64,000 nt of DNA from the NCBI RefSeq assembly GCF_006345805.1, contig NC_043017.1, positions 32,550,001-32,614,000 of the forward strand, in the 5' to 3' direction. This DNA comes from Octopus sinensis. Its lineage: Eukaryota. The translations under genes and the position numbers were made by a program. The first letter of the stretch is position 1, and each line of letters opens with the position of its first letter. A model generated the notes under the pieces. It saw only the letters and a list, made by a program, of their open reading frames with translations. It was not told where the DNA came from and did no database searches. Positions 49,092 through 60,678 of this stretch are shown piece by piece.

Positions 49092-51467
49092 TCAACAATC
49101 AAGGAACGGCCATAATAGGCCATTCACCCACTAGAAATAACAGCCAAAGCTTCAACCGCAAATAAAGATCAATTCCGTAAACAGGAGAAAATTTAAAAAA
49201 ACATTTACCCTGTAATTTCTTGTACGATGCACGCACCGTTTCGTCTGCTGTTTAATGGTAAACTAACCTGATTAAATTAAATCAAGCCAATCTTCCATAG
49301 GCCCTCAGATTCTTCAGCAAGAATAGCCAAGTCGGGACAGATATTTTCACGAGGCATTTCCAACTTGCCAAGGCAATATCTGACCTAAAATTTTCAAATC
49401 GTCGCACTCGCGCCAAATTTATTGGCAGCAAATAAATATAAGCCGTCGATTCCATTACGGAATTAACCAGAAAATTCATAATTAATCAATATAGGGTGGT
49501 GAAAAAAAATTTGTAGAATTCTTTTTGCCACCAGCGGCCTAGTGGGAAAAAATTAAATAGTCGCAGACCATTTTTAAGTTCAACATCAACAATCAAGGAA
49601 CGGCCATAATAGGCCATTCACCCACTAGAAATAACAGCCAAAGCTTCAACCGCAAGTAAAGATCAATTCCGTAAACAGGAGAAAATTTAAAAAACATTTA
49701 CCCTGTAATTTCTTGTACGATGCACCGTTTCGTCTGCTGTTTAATGGTAAACTAACCTGATTAATTAATCAAGCCAATCTTCCATAGGCCCTCAGATTCT
49801 TCAGCAGAAATAGCCAAGTCGGGACAGATATTTTCACGAGGCATTTCCAACCTTGCCAAGGCAATATCTGACCTAAAATTTTCAAATCGTCGCACTCGCG
49901 CCAAATTTATCGGCAGCAAATAAATATAAGCCGTCGATTCCATTACGGAATTAACCAGAAAATTCATAATTAATCAATATAGGGTGGTGAAAAAAAATTT
50001 GTAGAATTCTTTTTGCCACCAGCGCCTAGTGGGAAAAAATTAAATAGTCGCAGACCATTTTTAAGTTCAACATCAACAATCAAGGAACGGCCATAATAGG
50101 CCATTCACCCACTAGAAATAACAGCCAAAGCTTCAACCGCAAATAAAGATCAATTCCGTAAACAGGAGAAAATTTAAAAAAACATTTACCCTGTAATTTC
50201 TTGTACGATGCACCGTTTCGTCTGCTGTTTAATGGTAAACTAACCTGATTAAATTAAATCAAGCCAATCTTCCATAGGCCCTCAGATTCTTCAGCAAGAA
50301 ATAGCCAAGTCGGGACAGATATTTTCACGAGGCATTTCCAACCTTGCCAAGGCAATATCTGGCCGTTCCTTGATTGTTGATGTTGAACTTAAAAATGGTC
50401 TGCGACTATTTAATTTTTTCCCACTAGGCCGCTGGTGGCAAAAAGAATTCTACAAATTTTTTTCACCACCCTATATTGATTAATTATGAATTTTCTGGTT
50501 AATTCCGTAATGGAATCGACGGCTTATATTTATTTGCTGCCGATAAATTTGGCGCGAGTGCGACGATTTGAAAATTTTAGGTCAGATATTGCCTTGGCAA
50601 GGTTGGAATGCCTCGTGAAAATATCTGTCCCGACTTGGCTATTTCTTGCTGAAGAATCTGAGGGCCTATGGAAGATTGGCTTGATTTAATTTAATCAGGT
50701 TAGTTTACCATTAAACAGCAGACGAAACGGTGCATCGTACAAGAAATTACAGGGTAAATGTTTTTTTAAATTTTCTCCTGTTTACGGAATTGATCTTTAC
50801 TTGCGGTTGAAGCTTTGGCTGTTATTTCTAGTGGGTGAATGGCCTATTATGGCCGTTCCTTGATTGTTGATGTTGAACTTAAAAATGGTCTGCGACTATT
50901 TAATTTTTTCCCACTAGGCCGCTGGTGGCAAAAAGAATTCTACAAATTTTTTTTCACCACCCTATATTGATTAATTATGAATTTTCTGGTTAATTCCGTA
51001 ATGGAATCGACGGCTTATATTTATTTGCTGCCGATAAATTTGGCGGCGAGGTGCGACGATTTGAAAATTTTAGGTCAGATATTGCCTTGGCAAGGTTGAA
51101 ATGCCTCGTGAAAATATCTGTCCCGACTTGGCTATTTCTTGCTGAAGAATCTGAGGGCCTATGGAAGATTGGCTTGATTTAATTTAATCAGGTTAGTTTA
51201 CCATTAAACAGCAGACGAAAGGTGCATCGTACAAGAAATACAGGGTAAATGTTTTTTTTTAAATTTTCTCCTGTTTACGGAATTGATCTTTATTTGCGGT
51301 TGAAGCTTTGGCTGTTATTTCTAGTGGGTGAATGCCTATTATGGCCATTCCTTGATTGTTGATGTTGAACTTAAAAATGGTCTGCGACTATTTAATTTTT
51401 TCCCACTAGGCCGCTGGTGGCAAAAAGAATTCTACAAATTTGTTTTCACCACCCTATATTGATTAAT

Positions 51468-51470
<3 letters not shown>
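49092..51470. mobile_element. Retrozyme/Penelope-pLTR-like array: ~490-bp units, ~2.6 direct plus ~2.3 inverted, one hammerhead per unit
   Basis: Units start at 49092, 49586, 50073; inversion at 50360/50361; inverted units start at 50361, 50851, 51343; copies near-identical. Confidence 0.85.
50641..50747 (+). ncRNA. Type I hammerhead ribozyme motif of the array (intact copy; mirror copy at 50196-50302, minus strand)
   Basis: atttcttg CTGAAGA a-tctg...caga-c GAAA cgg-tgca-tcg TA caagaaat: 8-bp stem I, palindromic loop III, GUA triplet, predicted cut after 50739. Confidence 0.8.
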
Positions 51471-51513
<43 letters not shown>

Positions 51514-52069
51514 GTATGTATGTGTGTGTGTATATGTTTGTGTGACTGTGTTTGTCACCTCAACATCGCTTGACAACTGATGCTGGTGTGTTTATGTCCC
51601 CGTAACTTAACAGTTTGGCAAAAAAGAGACTGATAAAATAAGTACTAGGCTTACAAAGAATAAGTCCTGGCGTCGATTTGATTGACTAAAGGCGGTGCTC
51701 CAGCATGGCAAAAGTCAAATGACTGGAACAAGTAAAAGAGTAAAAGAGTATTTGTTACATATTTGGCTGCTATTTTTAGCAAGCAGGAAGGCAGTATTTT
51801 AGCCAATGATCATATTTCTCACTCCCTTTCCTCTTCAATTGTCTTATACTATTTTCGCTTTTCACAGAGTAGGTGTTGAACTAAAAGTTTATTATTTCAG
51901 TTAAGTGGTCACCTTTGGAGATGGTGTGAATCTTGAATTTCGTATCTAGGGAGGGCAACAGAAGAGAAAATATTCCAGCAGCATACATGCATATCAAAGC
52001 ATATTCATCGTTACAAGAATGTCCTAAGATTTCAATTACTCTAATTAAAACGTTGTATGAGAATAGGGT

Positions 52070-52458
52070 GGAGGCGCAATGGCCCAGTGGTTAGGGCAGC
52101 GGACTCACGGTCGGAGGATCGCGGTTTCGATTCCCAGACCGGGCGTTGTGTGTGTATATTGAGCGAAAACACCCAAAGCTCCACGAGGCGCCGGCAGGGG
52201 GTGGTCGCGACCCCTGCTGTACTCTTTCGCCTCAACTTTCTCTCACTCCACTCTTACTTCCTGTTTCTGTTGTACCTGTATTTCAAGGGGCCGGCCTTGT
52301 CACTCTCTGTGTCCCGTTCAATATCCCTGAGAACTACGTTAAGGGTGCATGTGTCTGTGGAGTGCTCAGCCACTTACACGTTAATTTCACGAGCAGGCTG
52401 TTCCGTTGATTCGGATCAACCGGAACCCTCGTCGTCGTAACCGATGGAGTGCTTCCAT
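52070..52458 (+). mobile_element. SINE family C, full length, with TSD
   Basis: A box tggcccagtgg, B box ggtttcgattcc; atgagaatagg on both sides. Confidence 0.95.
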
Positions 52459-53339
52459 CCATGAGAATAGGATGGTGAATACATGCATTGACAAAGTGTC
52501 AATTATTAAATATTGAAGGTCGTTTAGTAGACATGAGTTCTGTCCCTGGGTCATTCAATCACTCCACCCTGAAGATGGTGGCTAAATTTACAGCAAAGTT
52601 TATATGCATCCGCTACTGGTTACATATCCTTCACCTTTTGCACATTCTATCTGCCAACGTTACAACAATTATGTAATTCTGAGCTCCTAGAAACAGCTGT
52701 CGGGCCTGGAATACCATGTCTTCCCCTCTTAGTTTTCTGTATCTTTGTACTCCATGTAAATCTGTACTATAAATATATAAATAACTATATGCTTACTCAC
52801 GAATGTTCATCTGATAAATATTTTCAATTTTGTTGCTCTCTCTCTATATATATATATATCCCTATATCTATATTTCATGTATGTATGTATGTATATTTAT
52901 ATATGAAAAGCCAAGCATGTTTATTTGTTTATTTGCATCATTATCTACACATACACACGTGCTAACACACACTCACACACACACACACAAACACACATAC
53001 ACACACACACACTTTTATGTTGCTGAGCACTATATTCCTGGTTAAAGCCTATAAACACTTAGATTTTGCTTTTTCTTGACTAACAATTAAGCTGTGCTTG
53101 TGTGTGTGTGAATGTGTGTGCATGTGTGCGAGTGTGTGTGTATGTGTGTGTGCGTGTGGATATATGTATATATGTATGTATTTTATACATACACATATGT
53201 AAGTATGCATAATTTATATACTATATATATGTCACATGTGTGTAAAATTTTTTTCTATTTAACTATGTATGTCTTTCACTCTCTCATTGCTTACCATATC
53301 TTCATATCTTTATTTTCCCTCTCACCCTGTCTCACTCAC

Positions 53340-53341
53340 TC

Positions 53342-53435
<94 letters not shown>

Positions 53436-53640
53436 CATCCATCCATCCATCTATCTATCTATCTATATATCTATCTATCTATCTATCTATCCATCCATCC
53501 ATCCATCCATCCATCCATCCATCCATCCATCCATCCATCCATCCATCCATCTATCTATCTATCTATCCATCCATCCATCCATCCATCCATCTATCTATCT
53601 ATCTATCTATCTATCCATCCATCCATCCATCCATCCATCC

Positions 53641-53675
<35 letters not shown>

Positions 53676-53700
53676 CATCTATCTATCTATCTATCTATCC

Positions 53701-53731
<31 letters not shown>

Positions 53732-53762
53732 CATCTCTCTCTCTCTATCTATCTATCTATAT
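53340..53762. repeat. (CTAT)n/(CCAT)n compound microsatellite
   Basis: Alternating tetranucleotide blocks. Confidence 0.97.
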
Positions 53763-53919
53763 CTTCCTATGTTTCTCTCTCTCTCCATTTTTCCCTCACC
53801 TTATATTTTCCTTTCCTCAGCCTCATGTTTCTTTCCTTCCATATTTCATTCCCCAAACTCCCTATCCACTCCCCCACACATGCGCACACACACACAGACG
53901 CACACACACACACAGCCCT

Positions 53920-53920
53920 T

Positions 53921-53954
<34 letters not shown>

Positions 53955-54445
53955 GTACTGAGCTAAACAAACTCACTGCAACATGTGAAATAGTTAGAAT
54001 TGATACGTTCACGCTTCGCTTCATTCTTTGTTTAACCTTAGCAAGTATACCAGAAGCTACAAAATTACTACCACTACTAATGCTACTACATATACCACAA
54101 CCACCACCACCACCACCACCACCACCACCACCACCACCACCACCACCACCACAACCACCACCACCACCACCACCACCACCACCACCACCACCACCACCAC
54201 CACCACCACTACTACTACTACTACTTTTACTGCTACTACCACAACAACCACCACTACTAATGCTACTACATATACCACCACCACCACCACCACTACTACT
54301 ACTACTTTAGTACTACTTTTACTGCTACCACCACCACCACTACTACTAATGCTACTACATTTACCACCACCACCACCACCAGCACCACCAGCATCACCAT
54401 CACTACTACTGCTGCAGCTGCTGCTGCTGTTGCAGCCGGAGCTGC
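53920..54445. repeat. (CAG)n followed by (ACC)n/(ACT)n low-complexity tract
   Basis: Triplet tracts with a recurring actactaatgctactacat spacer. Confidence 0.92.
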
Positions 54446-55093
54446 TACTATTCTCACTTGTATTTCATTAAGTAAGAATAAGTTAGTTCTGCGTTTTCCT
54501 GATGTAACCTTCTACCGTTTCCCCCACCCACCCACCCCTGTTCTGGTTCTGCCTATTTCCCCCCCCCCCCACCACCACCACCACCACCGCCACAGCTGAA
54601 CCAATAGTTTCACCTTTTGACGAGCCAAGTCACACCTTTCTGGAATTCTCCGAACATTATAAACTTAAGCTCGGCCCCTTTTTATCTGCAGTGTATAAAT
54701 GTATAACATCTTCCCCCCACTTATCGATAAACAAAACGCAACTTTGTGTTTCAATCACAGCGTAGATTCACCGTCAGCTGTTACGCACACAGACAGACAT
54801 GTGCAAGCCTCCTACTTCCTCCTAGAATGTTTTATGCACACACACACACACACACACACGCATGCACACGCACATGCGCAGTAAGCCCCACCCCCTGGTA
54901 TGTCGTGCACAGCAATGTTTCCGTCTTTATATTTAAAATGGTGTGGAATTGAGAAACCATCTTCTTTTAACATTCGTCTTATTTTCCATCAAGAAAGACT
55001 GGTTGAGTCTACATTAGAGACTACTGTTACCACTCACTTTACACATGTGTGTGAGTGTGTGTGTATACACACACACACATATTTACATGATGA

Positions 55094-55128
<35 letters not shown>

Positions 55129-55230
55129 GGAGTAAACACATAAATGTGAAACAAGGTGGAAAAAAGAGTACTCAAATACCAGTGATAGAGTAATATGCTT
55201 TATTTAAAGCAGCGGAAAATTCAACAAAAC

Positions 55231-55268
55231 CTGTTACTCTGAGTTTCACGTTCCCGTTCATCAGACAG
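55231..55268 (-). ncRNA. Compact type I hammerhead ribozyme motif
   Basis: ctgt CTGATGA acg-ggaa-cgt GAAA ct-cag-ag TA acag. Confidence 0.75.
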
Positions 55269-55353
55269 TTTTTGCTAGCAAAATAAAGTATATATATATA
55301 TGTTTGCATGTATATGTATCTATGTATGTATACATATATGCATTTGTATGTAC

Positions 55354-55409
<56 letters not shown>

Positions 55410-55527
55410 CTTTTACTTGTTTCAGTCATTTGACTGTGGCCATGCTGGAGCACTGCCTTTAGTCAAGCGAATCGACCCAAGGATTTATTCTTTCTAAGCC
55501 TAGTACTTATTTTATCATTCTCTTTTA

Positions 55528-55574
<47 letters not shown>

Positions 55575-55732
55575 ATACCAGTCAGATACAGCCATAGTTT
55601 GGTTAGTTAGTGGCTGGACTTCAGAACCTCATATGTTCTTAAAATTTAAATCTACATCTTTATCTGTATATCTACCTTCTCTAAAATGTTACTACTTGAT
55701 TTGAAAGCTTTTGTATTATTGGAAAACCTATA

Positions 55733-55825
55733 TAATTGGCTGAAGAGCACTCAGCATCTTAAATCTGCTGTAATACTTACAACTTTTAATAAAATGTTGT
55801 AGTACGAAACAATTGTACCAAATTA
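55733..55825 (+). ncRNA. Type I hammerhead ribozyme motif, slightly decayed
   Basis: taattgg CTGAAGA gcact...agtac GAAA caattg TA ccaaatta; one mismatch in stem II. Confidence 0.65.
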
Positions 55826-56239
55826 CCGGAGTCATTCTTGTTGCTTATTTTTGATTATAATCACCCCGCAAATTTTTATGGATAACACCATACAAAATTT
55901 AATCATCCATAGTCTGACATGATATTTCGGAATAAAAATTCCTTCTTCAGACATCTCTAGGAATTGATGGAGTTGCTGCTATAATCGGTTTTCCAATGGC
56001 TTTTCTTTGTTTTTTCAGAAGCATCTCAGCAGTGTTCTCACGAAGCTCCTTCTGGAATTCCTCATGAGAAGTGCGTGAGGTCAGCCATGTCTCAATCTCA
56101 TGTGTGCTGGTACATCCATAGCGCTGCTTCTAAGTTATGTGTTATACGTGCAGCTTCCGTTTTTTTTCCCTTCTCCTTTTTTCCTCTCTTTTTTGTTTGG
56201 TTATAAACAATATATGAGCATGTTATCAAATATGAACCT

Positions 56240-56478
56240 ACACACACCCTCTCTCACTATCCGCTCAGTCGAAGTCAACTCTCAGTCACTCGTTGGATCA
56301 GTGTCCTCCAGTCAGTTCTATCCTGGGCTGCGTCTTTCAGATTGGCCATGTCCATTCTGGTATCACTCCTGATGGTGTCAAGCCAGCGGGTTCTTGGTCG
56401 GCCTCTTCCTCTCTTGCCACTGACCATTCCGAGCATGATGTCCTTCTGCAGGGATTCTTTCTGCATAATATGACCCAG
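56240..56478 (-). mobile_element. RTE-BovB-like LINE 3' end
   Basis: KDIMLGMVSGKRGRGRPRTRWLDTI...AAQDRTDWRTLIQRVTES. Confidence 0.9.
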
Positions 56479-56479
56479 A

Positions 56480-56815
56480 TGTATCTAAATAATATATTGA
56501 TTACCAACCTCCAGCCTGTTGTTAATTTGGGACCCTAGTCTGTGCATGAGTATAGCTTCCTTAATCCATAAATCACCCAAATTTCTTTCATTGGCCTCAA
56601 TTGTGACTGTTATGCTTTTGTCAGTGTTCCAGCATGTCTAAATGTTTTCCAAGGAGGAGGCTCTCGTGTTCCGATGTTTTTTGATGCGGACATGTAAAGG
56701 TCTTGTTGTGCTACCCACATAGAACTTGTTGCATTTCTTACATTATATTCTATACATAGATCTGTGTTATGGGTGGGACAGTTTGTTAGTGTGCATTGAA
56801 TGTTGTCTCTTGTTC
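56480..56815 (-). pseudogene. Penelope-like element GIY-YIG endonuclease fragment
   Basis: YRI*CKKCNKFYVGSTTRPLHVRIKKH...LWIKEAILMHRLGSQIN. Confidence 0.82.
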
Positions 56816-56821
56816 GCACTT

Positions 56822-57110
56822 ATTCCATTCGTCCTTTTTGGTGAACTGCTAAGTTACAGAGATGTAAACACACCAACAGCGATAGTCAAACAGTGGCTGG
56901 AGACAAATATGGACACAATGACACAGCCACGTAAATATATATATATATGGCAGGCTTCTTTCAGTTTCCATCTACTGAATCTACTCACAAGGCTTTGGTC
57001 AGCCTGAGGTTATAGTAGAAGACACTTGCCCAAGGTGCCATTCACTGGGATTGAACCTAGAACCATGTGTTTGGAAAGCAAGCTTCTTACGACACATTCA
57101 CACCTGTATC
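56822..57110 (-). mobile_element. SINE family A, partial and decayed
   Basis: Family A middle and head, diverged. Confidence 0.8.
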
Positions 57111-57136
57111 TATATACATAAATAGCATATATACAG

Positions 57137-57181
<45 letters not shown>

Positions 57182-57184
57182 TAT

Positions 57185-57246
<62 letters not shown>

Positions 57247-57574
57247 TGATAGATAGATAGATAAATAGATTAACAGATAGATATATAATTATGATTAGGG
57301 TTCAGCTAATTGCTTCATCAGCAATTAGCTGAACCCTAATTATAATTATGTAGATAATTTTACCTATAAAGGTTATTTTAACGTACCAATCTACCTGATA
57401 AAATTATTAATTTAATTAATAAATTTTACCTTTTTATATTTAGATAGATAGATAGATAGATAGAGAGATAGATAGATAGATAGATAGATGGATAGATACA
57501 TGTATATATGTCCATGTTTGTCTATGTTTGTCCATGTTGTCATTTGACAACTGATGTTGGTGTGTTTACATTCC

Positions 57575-58125
57575 CAGGAGTGGCTGTGTTGTAAGTAGCT
57601 TGCTTACCAACCACATGGTTCTATGTTCAGTCCCACTGTGTGGCATCATAGGAAAGTGTCTTCTGCTATAGCCTCAGGCCGACCAAAGCCTTGTGAGTGG
57701 ATTTGGTTGATGGAAACTGAAAGAAGCCTGTCGTATATATGTATATATATATATATATATTTGTATGTGTGTGTATATGTTTGTGTGTCTGTGTTTGTCC
57801 CTCTAGCATTGCTTGACACCCGATGATGGTGTGTTTACGTCTCCGTCACTTAGCGGTTCGGCAAAAGAGACTGATAGAATAAGTACTAGGCTTACAAAGA
57901 ATAAGTCCTGGGGTCGATTTGCTCGACTAAAGGCGGTGCTCCAGCATGGCCGCAGTCAAATGACTGAAACAAGTAAATGAGTAAAGAGTATAACTTGGCA
58001 AAAGAGCCTTATAGAATAAGTACTAGGCTTACAAAGAATAAGTCTTGGGGTCAATGTGTTCGACTAAAGGTAGTGCTCCAGCATGGCTGCTATCAAATGA
58101 CTGAAACAAATAAAAGAAAAAAAAA
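57575..58125 (+). mobile_element. SINE family A plus a second copy of its 3' part
   Basis: Full copy to 57989, then an extra ttggcaaaagag...tgactgaaaca segment. Confidence 0.9.
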
Positions 58126-58307
58126 GGAATATCATATGTCTGAATTAGAAGCACACAGCAAGGAACAGAGCATGAAAGTTAAAGTCTGGCCAGAGAGTGA
58201 CCAATGGTCTTGCATCCATGAAAGCCGCAGCCTTGTGGACAGCTCATCAGACACTATACAAAGACAAATTCAACACTTCACCTCATGGTATATATATATA
58301 TACTCTT

Positions 58308-58344
<37 letters not shown>

Positions 58345-58676
58345 ACTAATGTAGGAAAAAAATTTTTTTTTTCGAAAAAATTTTATCAATGGCCAGCATA
58401 TCAAAAAAATACCTTTAAAGGTTAAATTTATAAGTAACTTATAAAATAAGGGCAAAAGAAAAATTCTAATGCCAAATGTGCCGAAAAAAAGAGAAAATTG
58501 TCAATAACCATTATAATTTATGCGTTTCAAAACAAGCCGATAGAAATTTCTAAAAAATCCGTTATAAGTTATATATATATATATATATATATAATAAATA
58601 TTAGGGAATATATCCAAATTTACAGGGAAAAAAAATCAGATTTAGGATTAAATCCAATTTTATAGTAAAATATTAT

Positions 58677-58984
58677 AAAATATTATTTGAGACAAAACCA
58701 CTATTTTGCAAAACAAACAAGGAAAGACTTAATCAATACATAAAATTTAATAAATAGTCAAAAAAACCACTACAATCGTTTCTTGTCTTGATCGACAATC
58801 TTCAGGTGGACTTCCAATAATTCAGTTACAAATTTGTAACTGAATTATTGGAAGTCCACCTGAAGATTGTCGATCAAGACAAGAAACGATTGTAGTGGCG
58901 GTTTTTTTGACTATTTATTAAATTTTATGTATTGATTAAGTCTTTCCTTGTTTGTTTTGCAAAATAGTGGTTTTGTCTCAAATA

Positions 58985-58991
<7 letters not shown>
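58677..58991. mobile_element. Near-perfect ~315-bp palindrome with hammerheads on both strands (58767-58809 minus; 58856-58898 plus)
   Basis: Centre cagttacaaatttgtaactg; each arm carries ccac CTGAAGA ttgtc..gacaa GAAA cgattg TA gtgg. Confidence 0.9.
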
Positions 58992-59018
<27 letters not shown>

Positions 59019-59212
59019 CTATTATCAATAATAAAGGGTGAAACTAATTAATTAATTTAGAAATAATCATTAATTTCACCAAGTAGAGTTCGGCATGTAA
59101 AAGCCCCATTCAAGGAAGGTTTAAGTAATACTAAGTAATTAAGGGTTTAGCAACGATTTGCCTCACCACACACCGAATTTAGAAATAGCAGTCAAAAAGA
59201 CTTAATTACTTA

Positions 59213-59247
<35 letters not shown>

Positions 59248-60256
59248 TACATATATATGTATATGTATAGACACACACACACGCACATATATATGTCTGA
59301 AAATGATGACGATGATATATATAGCCAGTAAATACATATGCTGTTTAACCATCAGAACGTGGACAAATCACAATGAAATAAGCTATAAGTATTTGCTTTC
59401 AGTCATTCGTTTTAAAATCGAGATATTTGTTATAATTTGTACTTCCACAAAATTGCATTCCTCTTCTATACGAACACACACGGAGACTGGAAACTTAAGC
59501 TCCACTCACGGAGACAAGATAGCATAGCTCCGCCCACAGAGACAAAATAGTAGAGAGGCCCCGCCCACTGCTGATCATCAAAATATTTGGTATTGCATAT
59601 GACATATTCTCAGCTACTGAAAAAGAAAAAAAAAAGAAAAAAAAAAAAAAAAAAAAGAAGAAAACAAGCAAACAAACAAAAATTGATATAGCACCATCGC
59701 AGTTCTCTACCAGACAATAAAATTTGGACATCTCTACCACTGCATTGCCTTGGACAATAAATGATTCATTTTATGAGACATTAAGTTGCATTCCATTCAA
59801 AAGAATGCCCTAGATGTAACCTCAAAGAAGCAATAACCATAAAAAATGGTAAAGTCTATACCACTTATTTTGCATCATTTCAATACCTAAACTTGTAAGT
59901 TGTTGATGTTGTCGTTGTTCAATGCTTTCTGTCACCGCCCCGTCCCATCCCAGAGCCATAAATGAGTGGAAATGTGATCAAAGGTAGTCTGCCCATGACC
60001 ACCTCATCTTTCTTCTCTAGATAGAATATCTAAAACAACAGGGTCCTTCCTTTTGTAAAATGTGAAAGCGGGATTTGAGAGAGATTTGACTGCTGTTTCT
60101 AGTGACTCCAAACACGTATGTTAGCAGTGATTCAGTAACTCATAAACTGTCTCTTCAAGTAAGTTGGTGCATGGCAAAGAATTTTTAGCACTGTTATGTC
60201 ACAGAAGATTTTATTGGTTCCATATTTCTGAAGATTTGTTTTAAAAAATGTCAACA

Positions 60257-60678
60257 TAGGCGTAGGAGTGGCTGTGTGGTAAGTAGCTTGCTTCCCAACC
60301 ACATGGTTCCGGGTTCAGTCCCACTGCATGGCACCTTGGGCAAGTGTCTTCTACTATAGCCTCGGGCTGACCAAAGCTTTGTGAGTGGATTCGGTAGACA
60401 GAAACTGAAAGAAGCCTGTCGTATATATGTATATATATATATGTATGTGTGTGTATGTGTTTGTGTGTCTGTGTTTGTCCCCCTAGCATTGCTTGACAAC
60501 CGATGCTGGTGTGTTTACGTCCCCGTCACTTAGCGGTTCAGCAAAAGACACCGATATAATAAGTACTGGGCTTACAAAGAATAAGTCCCGGGGTCGATTT
60601 GCTCGACTAAAGGCGGTGCTCCTGCATGGCCGCAGTCAAATGATTGAAACAAGATAAAGAGAAAGAGAGAAAGAGATT
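60257..60678 (+). mobile_element. SINE family A
   Basis: Full-length copy. Confidence 0.95.

Larger units (their letters stand above)
48907..51749 (+). mobile_element. SINE family A split by the 2.4-kb hammerhead array
   Basis: 5' half 48907-49090 and 3' half 51471-51749 join into one colinear copy across the internal (TA)n. Confidence 0.9.

Noticed and set aside
49282-50689. Repeated ORF MNFLVNSVMESTAYIYLLPINLARVRR... in the 490-bp unit
   Set aside because: About 65 aa, C-terminus changes with single-base indels between copies, and no RT or endonuclease motifs; treated as non-coding
49092-51470. CRISPR-like interpretation of this array or of the 80-bp and 140-bp arrays
   Set aside because: No unique spacers, no cas genes, and a eukaryotic context
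52070-52150. tRNA gene calls for SINE heads (families A, B, C and the 35.6-kb element)
   Set aside because: A and B boxes are present, but cloverleaf stems are incomplete and the heads continue into SINE bodies with TSDs
53112-54471. ORFs of 284, 230, 161 and 147 aa, including a mucin-like poly-Thr
   Set aside because: Derived from (CTAT)n/(CCAT)n and triplet repeats; several frames are open simply because stops are absent. A UTR exon (ag at ~54040, gtaaga at ~54471) cannot be excluded but is unsupported
55905-55958. Minus-strand CTGAAGA-a-ggaat/attcc-GAAA...GTC motif
   Set aside because: Stem I does not pair; at most a decayed remnant
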